Below, piece after piece: positions 11,054 through 20,795 of a stretch of 64,000 bases of DNA. This stretch comes from an uncultured delta proteobacterium. GTDB lineage: Bacteria; Desulfobacterota; Binatia; Binatales; Binataceae. Position 1 is the first letter of the stretch, and each line of letters opens with the position of its first letter. The stretch spans positions 271,436-335,435 of the forward strand of contig CAWAMM010000011.1 in NCBI GenBank assembly GCA_963783145.1. Reading direction: 5' to 3'. The notes beneath the pieces are model-generated. The model saw only the letters and a list, made by a program, of their open reading frames with translations, was not told the origin of the DNA and ran no database searches. A program made the translations under genes and the position numbers.

Positions 11054-12052
11054 TCAACGGCCTGACAGATGTTCTTTCACCATCGTGTCGATGCGCGATT
11101 GCTCGAGGTTAAGTCCCCGCACGGCAAAAAAGCCGGTGAAGTCCGGTGGCAGCGGTGCGAAATACGTGAGGCGCTCGTGCGTGCGCGGATGCTCGATCGA
11201 CAGATACATCGCATGCAGCGCGTGGCGCTCGAACTCGCCCGCCTCGCCGACGCGCTTATCCTTCGAACCGCCGCCATAGAGCACATCGCCCAGGCAGGGA
11301 TGCCCGATCGATGCGAGATGAACACGAATCTGATGAGTGCGGCCAGTTTCGGGCATCACCGCGACCAGGGTCGAATCGCGCATCCGCTCGACGACGACCA
11401 CATTGCTAAGAGCGTCGCGCGCCGTATGCGAATGAATCGACATCTTTTTGCGATCGGTCGGATGACGTCCGAGGGCATGCTCGATGGTGACGCGATTATG
11501 GGAAACGATCCCCCGTACGATCGCGAGGTAAACCTTCTTCACCGTGCGCGCCTTGAACTGCTCGGATAGCGCCGCCTTCGCAAAGGGCGTCCTCGCCACC
11601 ACCATCACGCCCGAGGTTTCTTTGTCGAGCCGATGGACAATGCCCGGCCGCAACACGCCCCCGGCCTCGGCCATCATGGCGAGTTCGGGAAACCTCGCGA
11701 GCAAGGCATCCACCAGCGTTCCATCGTGATGCCCGGGCGCCGGATGCACCGTCATCCCGGCGGGCTTATTGACGACGATCAATTCATCATCGGCATAGAG
11801 CACATCTATAGATGGCGCCGACTGCGAAACCTCGCGCCGCTCCATCGGCGGCGGCTCCGCGACGGCGACACTGTCGCCCTGATGCACGGCGCTCGACGGC
11901 CGCGATGACGGCGCGCCATTGACGGTCACCAGCCCGGCCTTAATCATCCGGGCGACCTGCGAGCGGGTATATTCGGCGCCCAGCGCGGATGACACGAAGA
12001 CATCGAGCCGCATCCGCTCGTGGTCGGGCGCGACTTTCAGGTCGGCGAGCAT
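11054..12052 (-). CDS. rluD: RluA-family 23S rRNA pseudouridine synthase
   Basis: S4 domain, GIVHRLDKETSG, TGRTHQIRVH. Confidence 0.92.
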   Translation of the reverse strand: MLADLKVAPDHERMRLDVFVSSALGAEYTRSQVARMIKAGLVTVNGAPSSRPSSAVHQGDSVAVAEPPPMERREVSQSAPSIDVLYADDELIVVNKPAGMTVHPAPGHHDGTLVDALLARFPELAMMAEAGGVLRPGIVHRLDKETSGVMVVARTPFAKAALSEQFKARTVKKVYLAIVRGIVSHNRVTIEHALGRHPTDRKKMSIHSHTARDALSNVVVVERMRDSTLVAVMPETGRTHQIRVHLASIGHPCLGDVLYGGGSKDKRVGEAGEFERHALHAMYLSIEHPRTHERLTYFAPLPPDFTGFFAVRGLNLEQSRIDTMVKEHLSGR

Positions 12053-12077
12053 CGATGTCGATTTAAGCGGAGTCGGA

Positions 12078-12266
12078 TTACAGGAAGAATCCCCAATGCG
12101 AGCCTCCGGTGGGCTTCGAGGTGCAGGTCTGGGTGCCGTCGCTGGCGGTGGTGCAGGTAGTGCTGGTCGACGGCGGGGAACTGCTGGAAACGTCGATACA
12201 TCCGCAGCACGCGAATATCGCGACGAATGCCAGCGCGCGAATGATGTGGTTCAGGTTGATTCGCAT
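12078..12266 (-). CDS. Small putative lipoprotein
   Basis: Signal peptide ending ACCG-C, Ser/Thr-rich mature part with CTTASDGTQTC; GAAGG RBS. Confidence 0.55.
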   Translation of the reverse strand: MRINLNHIIRALAFVAIFACCGCIDVSSSSPPSTSTTCTTASDGTQTCTSKPTGGSHWGFFL

Positions 12267-12314
12267 CGTACCTTCATTTTAGCCATCAAGCGGCTCGCTC
12301 GCGAGAGCGCTAAA

Positions 12315-12536
12315 TTACTGCACCGGCGCAGGCTGGGCGCCTCCGGGCGCGATGTCCGGAGCGGGAGGTTGCGCGGGCTGCGCGCAGGTTACATCGGGGC
12401 GGCTGAGGAACATCAATCCCGCGGTTTGAGCCTTGCAGTTGGTGCCCAGCGGGCTATTAACCGGCTGCGAACTGTAGAAGCATCCGGAAGAGAGGATGGT
12501 GATCAATGCCGCGAGGATAAGATGACGAGGTTTCAT
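12315..12536 (-). CDS. Small putative lipoprotein
   Basis: From ATG 12536: MKPRHLILAALITILSSG-C lipobox, Cys pair, Pro/Ala/Gln tail; GGAG RBS. Confidence 0.6.
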   Translation of the reverse strand: MKPRHLILAALITILSSGCFYSSQPVNSPLGTNCKAQTAGLMFLSRPDVTCAQPAQPPAPDIAPGGAQPAPVQ

Positions 12537-12643
12537 CAGGTCGAAGCTCCAGTTGGCGATGCGGAGAACGATTCCGGAACCATTACGAGTGTGACTTACT
12601 GCATTTGCCAATGGTAGAAGAGCGCGGGGCTTCGTAAACAGGC

Positions 12644-14509
12644 ATGAAAACACGCGCTTCCCGAATATTTACTGGATGGGCCGGCTTGCTCGGCATCTTC
12701 ATCGCGATCGCTGCGACCGCCGCGACGTCGCGTGCAGCCGATGCTCCCGATGTGTCAACTCCGGCGCGCGGGCGTATCGTCATCCTGATGATATGGGACG
12801 GGCTGCGGCCTGACTTCGTCACCAAGCGCGACACCCCGAATCTCTATGACCTCGGGCGCGAGGGCACCCGCTTCGACCGCCATCATTCGATCTACCCGAC
12901 CCTGACAATGGTGAATGCGGCCGCGCTCGCGACCGGCGCCTCGCCGGGCGTGAATGGCATCGTCGGCAACGTGATGTACCTCGCTCCGATGCTGGCAGGT
13001 AAAGCTCCCGCGCTCGACTCGAAGCTCGCCAAACCTGTGATGCTCGAAAGCACGCCACTTCTGGCCGATCTCGACGGCGACGCTGCGTTTGCCGGGCATC
13101 TGCTCGGCCTCGATAGCGTGGCGCAGCAACTCGAGCGCGAAGGTGGTTACGTCGCGATTGCGGGCAAGCAGGGACCGACCTTTCTCTTCGACGATCGGGT
13201 GGAAACCGTCAAGGACGGCCACGATTCGCTCGGCAATCCGCATAAGGACTATCTCTTCGTGACCGATGACCTTGCGGAGCCGCCGCGGGCAGAGGTCGGG
13301 AAGGCGCCCGCCGGCAGCCATGAGGGCGTAGCCGATTCCGCACGCGACGTTTATTTCACCCGCATCGTCACCGAGGACGCGATCCCGGCGGCCAAACGCG
13401 CCTCCGACGCGGGCCGGCCTTCGCTCATCGTGCTCTGGGAGCACAATCCCGACCTGACGCAGCACATTGCGGGCCTCGGAACGATGCCGGCGCTCGAGTC
13501 GCTCAGCGGCGCCGATACCAATCTCGGCAGGGTGCGCGCGGCGCTCGACAGCAACGGCATCGCGGACCGTACCGATGTCATCGTGGTGTCGGATCATGGC
13601 TTCGCGACGGTGCGGATGACGATCGATCTGAATGCGCTGCTGGCCGGTGCGGGCCTCAAGAAGGACCTCGACAGCGACGATGTGGTCGTCGCACGCAACG
13701 GCGGCAGCGATCTCGTTTATCTATCGAAGACGGCCTTCCCGACCGAGAACGCGCGCCACGATGAACTCCAGAAGATCGTCAATTTTGCCGAAGCCCAGGA
13801 ATGGTGCGGGCCGATCTTCTCGCGCCAGCGCGCCCCGATGCTGATCGAAGGCAAGCATCGCCGCAAGCCGCCGCCCGAGGCATCCTTTCTAGGCTGGATC
13901 GATGGTACCTTTGCGCAGGAGGCCATCGGCATCCTCAATTCAGTGCGCTCGCCTGACCTTACGATCTCGTTTCGCGAAATCGCCGATCAGGACAACGCCA
14001 AGCTTACCGGTCCGGATGTGCCCGCATTTGCAATCGCGGCCAACGGGCAGACCTCGGTGAAGAACAATTCCAAGACCCTGGTACATCCGGTGCGGGGCAT
14101 CATGTATGCCGACGCGGGCCCTTCGTTCACTACGGGAATGGGCATGCATGGCGCGGCAGGCGCGGCCGAGATTCATAACGTCTGCGCGGCAATCGGGCCG
14201 GACTTCAAGCGCGGTTTCGTCGACGCCAATCCGACCGCGAATGTCGATGTTGCGCCGACCATTACGCGCATCCTGCAGCTGGCGCCCAACGTCGGGCCTG
14301 GGGGCGCGCATGCGACCGGCCGGATATTAACCGAAGCGTTTCCGGGTGAGCGTCAATGGGTCGGGACCGCGCGAACCCTTGCGCCGAGCACCAAGCTGAC
14401 GCTGCAAGGGGTCGAGGTGACCAATACCTTGCGCATCACGCGGCTGGGCGATCATGACTACCTGGATAATGCGACCGAGGCGCGCAATCCGCTCGGCAGC
14501 AGCCCCTAA
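12644..14509 (+). CDS. Secreted alkaline phosphatase-superfamily enzyme (nucleotide pyrophosphatase/phosphodiesterase type)
   Basis: Signal peptide; WDGLRPD, PTLTMVN (Thr nucleophile), PDLTQH, SDHG, GMHG. Confidence 0.88.
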   Translation: MKTRASRIFTGWAGLLGIFIAIAATAATSRAADAPDVSTPARGRIVILMIWDGLRPDFVTKRDTPNLYDLGREGTRFDRHHSIYPTLTMVNAAALATGASPGVNGIVGNVMYLAPMLAGKAPALDSKLAKPVMLESTPLLADLDGDAAFAGHLLGLDSVAQQLEREGGYVAIAGKQGPTFLFDDRVETVKDGHDSLGNPHKDYLFVTDDLAEPPRAEVGKAPAGSHEGVADSARDVYFTRIVTEDAIPAAKRASDAGRPSLIVLWEHNPDLTQHIAGLGTMPALESLSGADTNLGRVRAALDSNGIADRTDVIVVSDHGFATVRMTIDLNALLAGAGLKKDLDSDDVVVARNGGSDLVYLSKTAFPTENARHDELQKIVNFAEAQEWCGPIFSRQRAPMLIEGKHRRKPPPEASFLGWIDGTFAQEAIGILNSVRSPDLTISFREIADQDNAKLTGPDVPAFAIAANGQTSVKNNSKTLVHPVRGIMYADAGPSFTTGMGMHGAAGAAEIHNVCAAIGPDFKRGFVDANPTANVDVAPTITRILQLAPNVGPGGAHATGRILTEAFPGERQWVGTARTLAPSTKLTLQGVEVTNTLRITRLGDHDYLDNATEARNPLGSSP

Positions 14510-14611
14510 GCCATCTACCCGATTGCCAGACGTGCTATACTGAAGAATTGTCGCCGCTCCGCTCGTCGGGAGCGGCGACTGTCCTTATGGGAACAACGAT
14601 TTTCGACATCG

Positions 14612-14810
14612 AAAAACGCAAAAACAAACCCACTTTATCCGCGAAATTGCTGCGCTTTATGGAGGCGGTGGGTCCGAGGCTCATCAGGTCCGTCACTTCG
14701 CGTTCCACCCCGGCGGCCATCGGAGTTCGCGGTTATCAGTGCGCCTGCCATCTTCTCTCGCAGAAGAATGCGAGCGAAACGACGAGATCAAAAACGCAAA
14801 AACAAACCCA
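14612..14810 (+). repeat. Perfect 21-bp direct repeat AAAAACGCAAAAACAAACCCA (14612-14632, 14790-14810)
   Basis: Identical copies 178 bp apart in a ~650-bp intergenic region. Confidence 0.85.
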
Positions 14811-15158
14811 TTACGGTTCAGGCGAACAAACATCGAAAACGCGCACCAACTATGGCCTTTTTGACCAGATCTGGTCCTCGCCTTAGGGCAAAACCCATCA
14901 TCCTGCCGCGGACCGCGCAATGACTAGCGCTTGGTGCGGTGACATCCCGCGCAACAATTTGTAGGAATCATGGTTAACTGCCTGTCGATGTAGGAAATTC
15001 GTACTCCTTGAGTTGCGACCCGATGGCATGATTTTGCCGCTCGGCGGTCGAAAATCACCGCGCGAGCATTCGGGAAATTTCTCCGTTTGGGTGGTGATTC
15101 CGGCGGCTATGCTCGGCTTCGACAATGATAGGGCTGATAAGAACCCGGCTCGCAGCGT

Positions 15159-17318
15159 TTGACCATTCGGGCGCGGAAATTGCTGCCTCCTGCGTCGAAT
15201 ATGAAGCATCGGGGGCAGCCCGCACGATCGATATCTGTCCGCAGACCTCCGCTCGTAACCGAGATCGATACCTTTGCCATCTCCGCCCCGGCCCCCCAGA
15301 TCGCGCTGGCCTCGAGGCACTACAACCAGGCGAACAAGCTGCTGACCAAAGGCAAGTTGATCGAAGCCGAGCGTGCGTATCGGCAAGCGCTCCAGCTTGC
15401 TCCAGCCGATCCGCAGGCGTGGGCAAACCTGGGCTGCACCTTATGGAAGCTTGATCAGAATACCGAGGCGGAGGAGGCGTTGAGGCGCGCAATCGCGCTG
15501 CGGCCGGACCTTTTCGAGGCTTACAACAATCTCGGCGGCGTCCTCGAAGCGTTGGGGCGACTCGAAGAAGCGGGGCAACAATACCGCAAAGCTATCAGCC
15601 TCGACGCCAAACAGCCTCAGCCGTACTGCAATCTCGGTGCGGTGTTGCATCGCCTCGGCAAGTTTGAAGAAGCGAAAATCCAATACGCGCGGGCGCTTTC
15701 GCTGAAGCCCGACTTTGCGGAGGCGTGGTCGAATCTCGGCGCGGCATTCCTGGCGCAATCGAAATTCGGCGACGCCGAGGCGTGTCTGCTGCGCGCGGAG
15801 GGACTCGATCCGCGCAATCGACAGGTGCTGGGCAATCTCGCCGATGTGCTGCGGATCCAGGGAAAATTCGGCGAGGCTACGGAAACCTATCGGCGCGCGC
15901 TCAAAACCGACCGAAGCAATGCCCCGCTGATGGTAAAGCTGGCGCTCGCCCAGGAAGTGATTCTTCAATCCCACGAAAGCGCAATGGCGCGCCGCCTCGA
16001 AGTGACCGCCGCGCTAAACGGTCTGATTGATCGGCGCGTGAAGCTGGATGATCCGCAACGTGAAATCGGGATGACGAATTTCTATTTCGCGTATCAGAAT
16101 GTCAACGATCGCGAGCTCCAGTCATTGACTGCGAAGTTCTATCTGAACGCCTGCCCGCGCCTGGGACGGACGGCGCCCCACTGTTCGTCCGCCGCCGGCG
16201 CATCAGGTGGCCGCCTGCGCATCGGGTTTGCCTCGACCAGTTTGTTCCAACACACAATCGGCAAATTCTACCATGGCATCATTGAGAAACTGGCGCGCAA
16301 TCGCTTCGAGGTGGTGGTGATCCGTCCGCCGCAGGACTCGGACGACCTCGGCGATGCGATCGGACGCGCCGCCGATCGAAATGTCGAAATACCCTACGAT
16401 TTGTATCGAGCGCGCGACCTGATCGCCGCCGAGCGCCTCGACGTCCTGTTTTATCCCGACCTCGGGATGACGCCGCTAACCTACTTCCTCGCCTTCGCGC
16501 GCCTGGCGCCGGTGCAATGCGTGAGCTGGGGGCATCCGGTAACCACCGGCATTCCCGCCATCGATTATTTCATTTCCGCAAAAAGCATCGAGCCTCGCGA
16601 AGCGCAATCGCACTACTCAGAACGGCTGATTCTGCTCGACCGGCTGCCGACCTACTACCGGCGGCCGCATCACAGCGTGGGGGCGTTTACTCGCGCAGAG
16701 ATGGGATTCCCCGCCGAGGCCACGCTCTATGTATGCCCGCAAAGCCTGTTCAAGCTGCATCCGGATTTCGACGTGGTGCTGGCGACCCTGCTGCGGCGCG
16801 ATCCCAAGGCGCGGCTGCTGCTGCTTTCCGGGGTCCATAAGCATTGGGACCGGTTGCTCGCCGCTCGTATCGCTAAAACTTTTCCGGATGTCGCCACGCG
16901 GGTGATTTTCGTGCCGCGCATTCCGCAGGCAGACTTTTTCCGCCTCCTGATAATGGCCGATGTGATCCTCGATACGCCATTTTTCGGCGGCGGCAATACC
17001 AGTTACGAAGCGTTCGCGATGGGCTTGCCGATCGTCACCTGGCCGGGCTTGTTCATGCGCGGGCGGGTGACCGAGGGTTGCTACCGGCAGATGGGATTCA
17101 CCGAGCTGGTGGCCGATAGCCTCGACTCGTACGTCGAGATCGCCTTGCGCCTCGCCAACGACGGCGCATGGCGTGAGCGCGTCAGACATGAAATCGCGGC
17201 GCGATCATCGGCGCTCTATGAAGACCCGGCGGTGGTCGCTGAGCTGGAAGATTTTTTTTGCGCCGCGTCCGACGCGCATCGGGGCGGGGATCGCATCACG
17301 CAATGGGGGTCATCATGA
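15159..17318 (+). CDS. TPR-containing O-GlcNAc transferase (SPINDLY/GT41 family); start uncertain
   Basis: About 6 TPRs, then LRIGF..HTIG, APVQCVSWGHPVTTG, QSLFKLHP, LDTPFFGGGNTSYEA. Confidence 0.88.
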   Translation: MTIRARKLLPPASNMKHRGQPARSISVRRPPLVTEIDTFAISAPAPQIALASRHYNQANKLLTKGKLIEAERAYRQALQLAPADPQAWANLGCTLWKLDQNTEAEEALRRAIALRPDLFEAYNNLGGVLEALGRLEEAGQQYRKAISLDAKQPQPYCNLGAVLHRLGKFEEAKIQYARALSLKPDFAEAWSNLGAAFLAQSKFGDAEACLLRAEGLDPRNRQVLGNLADVLRIQGKFGEATETYRRALKTDRSNAPLMVKLALAQEVILQSHESAMARRLEVTAALNGLIDRRVKLDDPQREIGMTNFYFAYQNVNDRELQSLTAKFYLNACPRLGRTAPHCSSAAGASGGRLRIGFASTSLFQHTIGKFYHGIIEKLARNRFEVVVIRPPQDSDDLGDAIGRAADRNVEIPYDLYRARDLIAAERLDVLFYPDLGMTPLTYFLAFARLAPVQCVSWGHPVTTGIPAIDYFISAKSIEPREAQSHYSERLILLDRLPTYYRRPHHSVGAFTRAEMGFPAEATLYVCPQSLFKLHPDFDVVLATLLRRDPKARLLLLSGVHKHWDRLLAARIAKTFPDVATRVIFVPRIPQADFFRLLIMADVILDTPFFGGGNTSYEAFAMGLPIVTWPGLFMRGRVTEGCYRQMGFTELVADSLDSYVEIALRLANDGAWRERVRHEIAARSSALYEDPAVVAELEDFFCAASDAHRGGDRITQWGSS

Positions 17319-18607
17319 GTGGGCGCATCGGGCATCACGACATCTGTCAGTCGGTCTGTCCCGCCTGCGGATTCCAAATCGCTGCGCCGTTTTTCCATGG
17401 CGGGGCGCAGCCGCTGGCGACTCTCGCCTGGCCCGCCAGCGAGGAGGCCGCGCGCTCGATGCCGCGGCTGCCGGTCGATTTTGTGCGCTGTGTCGAATGC
17501 GGACACGTTTACAATCCCGCCTTTGACTACGCGCAGGTCCCATACAACGATAAGCCGAACCTGATGTTCAATCGCGGCGCGCTGTGGTCCGAATTTCTCA
17601 AAGACACCATGGGCCAGATGCTGCATCAGCTCCCGGCGCATCCGGTGATCGTTGAGATTGGACACGGTGATGGCAGCCTGCTGGCGGCACTCGCGCACGC
17701 GCGTCCGGGCGGTTCTTTCATCGGATTCGATCCGCACGGCGCGACTCAAAGCGAGGGTAACCTCGAGCTGCGCGCGGCGCTGTTCGAGCCGGAGCAGCAT
17801 CTGGCGGAACTAGCACCGGACCTGGTGATCAGCCGCCACGTGCTGGAGCATCTTCATAGCCCGCTCGCATTTCTGCAGCGGATTGCGTTCGCGGCGGCGC
17901 GGCTGGGACGTGAACAGCTCGCGTACTTCGAAGTGCCGTGTGTCGATCGCGCGCTCGCGACCGGCCGCACGGTAGACTTTTACTACGAGCACAATTCGCA
18001 ATTCAGCAGCCAATCATTCCGCAAAATGCTTTCGCGATGCGGCGCCGTTATCAACTGCGTCGGTCATGGCTACGGAGGCGAGGTCATCTACGGATATGTG
18101 ACTTTGGGAGGACAGCAGCGGCGCTTAAAGATTGCCGACGAGGCGGGCGAATTCCTCGATGCTGCCGAAGCGGGGCTGGAGCGGATTCCGGCTCAGCTCG
18201 AAGAGCTCGCGGCGACAGGGGTGCGCGTCGCGATTTGGGGTGGGACCGGAAAATCCGCGGCTTTCATCAATCGCTATGGGCTCGACCGGGTGCGATTTCC
18301 GCTCGTAGTGGACTCCGATTTCGCCAAGGTCGGCACCTTCGTGCCGGGTACCGGGCAGGAAATCCGCTCACGCGAATGGCTCAAGGAGAATCCCGGCGCC
18401 GTCGTCATCATTCCGCCGCAATGGCGCGCGCTCGACATAGTGCTGGAAATGGAGCGGGCCGAAATTTCCTTCAAACAGATCTTGATCGAGCACCAGGGCG
18501 CGCTGATCGACTATTTCGCCGGCGCGCACCCTTACGAACTTGGCAAGTTTCAGCGGATGGTGCCTGATGCGCCCAGTAGCGAGTGTCACCTTCACCCCGC
18601 GGCGTGA
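17315..18607 (+). CDS. SAM-dependent methyltransferase of NDP-sugar C-methyltransferase architecture
   Basis: CPACG...CVECG Zn site, EIGHGDG, HVLEH, YYEH, C-terminal WGGTGK/VVDSD..KVG domain; ATGA overlap with OGT stop. Confidence 0.8.
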   Translation: MSGRIGHHDICQSVCPACGFQIAAPFFHGGAQPLATLAWPASEEAARSMPRLPVDFVRCVECGHVYNPAFDYAQVPYNDKPNLMFNRGALWSEFLKDTMGQMLHQLPAHPVIVEIGHGDGSLLAALAHARPGGSFIGFDPHGATQSEGNLELRAALFEPEQHLAELAPDLVISRHVLEHLHSPLAFLQRIAFAAARLGREQLAYFEVPCVDRALATGRTVDFYYEHNSQFSSQSFRKMLSRCGAVINCVGHGYGGEVIYGYVTLGGQQRRLKIADEAGEFLDAAEAGLERIPAQLEELAATGVRVAIWGGTGKSAAFINRYGLDRVRFPLVVDSDFAKVGTFVPGTGQEIRSREWLKENPGAVVIIPPQWRALDIVLEMERAEISFKQILIEHQGALIDYFAGAHPYELGKFQRMVPDAPSSECHLHPAA

Positions 18608-20451
18608 ATTGCACCGCCGCTCAAAATACGGCCACCGTCCTGGAAGCTGCGTAGGATGTCCGTCTTGGTGACGATACCGATCAGGCGGTCGTGATCGTCG
18701 GTGACCAGCAACATCTGATCCCCACCCTCGCGCACCAGCAGGCGCAGCGCCTCGCCGAGGTCGCAATCGGCCGGTACGCGGGTACTATCGCGCCGCGCCA
18801 GATCGCCGACCTTGACCGCGTCCCATTGCGCGGGATCGGTCCGCGGCAGCACCGCGGTTTCGATGGTGCCGATGACTTTGTCGTGGTCATAAACCGGAAA
18901 GATCGTGTGGCTACAATGCGCGGCGATGCTGGCGCGAAAGTCTTTTACCGTAGTGTCGGCTTGAACGCTTATCACCTGGGTTTGCATTACGTCGCGCACC
19001 GTCGCCCCGCTCAGTTCCGCGATCTTCACCATCTCGTGCAGATGCTGATCGGCTGACACCGAGGCCTCGCCCGAGACCGCGTAGGCGACTGCCGCGCCGA
19101 TCAGGCTGGGGATCAAATACGAGTGACCGCCGGTGGTTTCGGCAACGAACACCACCGCGGTGAGTGGGGTTTTATAGCCGCCCGAGATGAATGCCGCCAT
19201 CCCTACCGCGGCGTACAAGTCGACTGCGTTGGTATGCACCACCGACTGGCCGAACGCGTTCCCGATGCATCCGCCGGCCAGCAGCAACGGCACGAACATC
19301 GCGCTGACCCCGCCGGAGCCAAGCGAGCAGATGGTCGCGGCAAGTTTGAAAATCGCAAACACGATCAGCATATGCGAGGGATGCGGACGCACGAGGATTT
19401 CGCGCACCGCTTCGTAGTTGGGCCCGATCGGAATCAGCACGCCATGGTAGATGCTGATGAAGATGAGGCCGCAGAGCCCGGTTCCGAGCCCGCCAATCAC
19501 GAGCTTGGCAACATGCGGAATGTGCAAGGTTACAAAAAAGCGCCTGACTCTGCGGAAAGTAATGTCGTAAACAATCGCAATCAGGCCGATGATCGTGCCG
19601 AGCAGTGCCGACCACAACAAGTCGGCCTCGCTGAAGCTGGTGCTGCCGGCGAAGCCGAACAGCGGCTCTGAGCCGACGAATGCCACCAGCGTCGCATACG
19701 AGATCACTGAGGCGATTAGGGACGGCAGCAACGCCTCATGCGCGAGGTCGTCCTTGTACGGCATCTCGAGGGCAAACACGAGTCCGGTCAGCGGCGCGCG
19801 AAACACCGCCGCCATCCCGGCCGCCGCTCCGCTGATGAGCATGATGCGGCGATCGCGCGGCTCCAGTCCGAAGCGGCGCAGCCTGCTCCATAGCCATGAA
19901 CCAATCGCTCCACCACCATAGATGCTCGGTCCTTCCAGCGCGGCGCTGCCGCCGGATCCGACCGTCGTCACCGCGGCGAGGATCTTCCACCAGAACGACC
20001 GCACGTCGATGTCGCCCTGATGTTCGTGATAGGAGCGAATGATTTCTTCGGTGGAATGCAGGTCGGGATCAGGCGTGCGGTATTGCATGATGATCCCGGT
20101 GAGCAGGAATCCACTCAGCAGGCCCACCACGATCGCCCAGTGATGTAACAGGTAGTAAGGTAAGACCCGGACCCAAATCGTATCGAGGATCAGGGTGGCG
20201 ATCCCGGTTATGAACAGGCCGGTGATGACGCCGATTATCGGAGCAACCAGCAGCCACTTCTGAATATCGCGCGAATAGGTTGCCGCCAGGTCCTCATTCA
20301 CCAGGGCGGTGTAACGTCGGATGCCGGGTCGGTTAAGCAGTTTGGATTGGAACAGGCGATCCAGGAAAGCCAATGCGTAATCTCCCTTCGCGCGTTGCCG
20401 TTCTTTTTTGCTACGGTCGCTGAAACACTCGGAGCGCCGGGTTGGTTTCAT
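18592..20451 (-). CDS. ClC-family anion channel/antiporter with C-terminal CBS pair (likely start TTG 20373)
   Basis: GSAALEGP, GAAAGMAAVFRAPLTG, KTPLTAVVFVAE, CBS domains. Confidence 0.9.
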   Translation of the reverse strand: MKPTRRSECFSDRSKKERQRAKGDYALAFLDRLFQSKLLNRPGIRRYTALVNEDLAATYSRDIQKWLLVAPIIGVITGLFITGIATLILDTIWVRVLPYYLLHHWAIVVGLLSGFLLTGIIMQYRTPDPDLHSTEEIIRSYHEHQGDIDVRSFWWKILAAVTTVGSGGSAALEGPSIYGGGAIGSWLWSRLRRFGLEPRDRRIMLISGAAAGMAAVFRAPLTGLVFALEMPYKDDLAHEALLPSLIASVISYATLVAFVGSEPLFGFAGSTSFSEADLLWSALLGTIIGLIAIVYDITFRRVRRFFVTLHIPHVAKLVIGGLGTGLCGLIFISIYHGVLIPIGPNYEAVREILVRPHPSHMLIVFAIFKLAATICSLGSGGVSAMFVPLLLAGGCIGNAFGQSVVHTNAVDLYAAVGMAAFISGGYKTPLTAVVFVAETTGGHSYLIPSLIGAAVAYAVSGEASVSADQHLHEMVKIAELSGATVRDVMQTQVISVQADTTVKDFRASIAAHCSHTIFPVYDHDKVIGTIETAVLPRTDPAQWDAVKVGDLARRDSTRVPADCDLGEALRLLVREGGDQMLLVTDDHDRLIGIVTKTDILRSFQDGGRILSGGAIHAAG

Positions 20452-20795
20452 CTCGGCACAGCGCCGCCCACGAAACGTCTCGTCGCCGCTACGTGGTCGG
20501 AGGCCTTATTGGCAACCGATAGTCCCTGCGGTTGAAAAATCGACGATAGTCCAACGGGAACTTAAGTAAAATGCATTCCTTGAGATGTTTATGAAGCAGT
20601 TACTAGAAGTCTAGCTCGCCCCCTGCAACCGCTCTATGCTGGAGGAACTATGGGGAATATAAAACTCCCGAATGGCACGACAATTGGATCATTTTAGCTG
20701 TCAGCAGTCTCATTGTGGCTCATGCATGAGTTTTTGGGGTCGGGGTCGAATCCTTCTCATGCCTTTTTCGTCTATTACCAAAGCATCGGGTAAGC

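Noticed and set aside
14612-14810. Possible CRISPR array
   Set aside because: Only two 21-bp copies, 157-bp gap, non-palindromic, no cas genes
14548-14886. 112-aa ORF over the repeat region
   Set aside because: No recognisable domain or RBS; repeats read in different frames; not called as CDS
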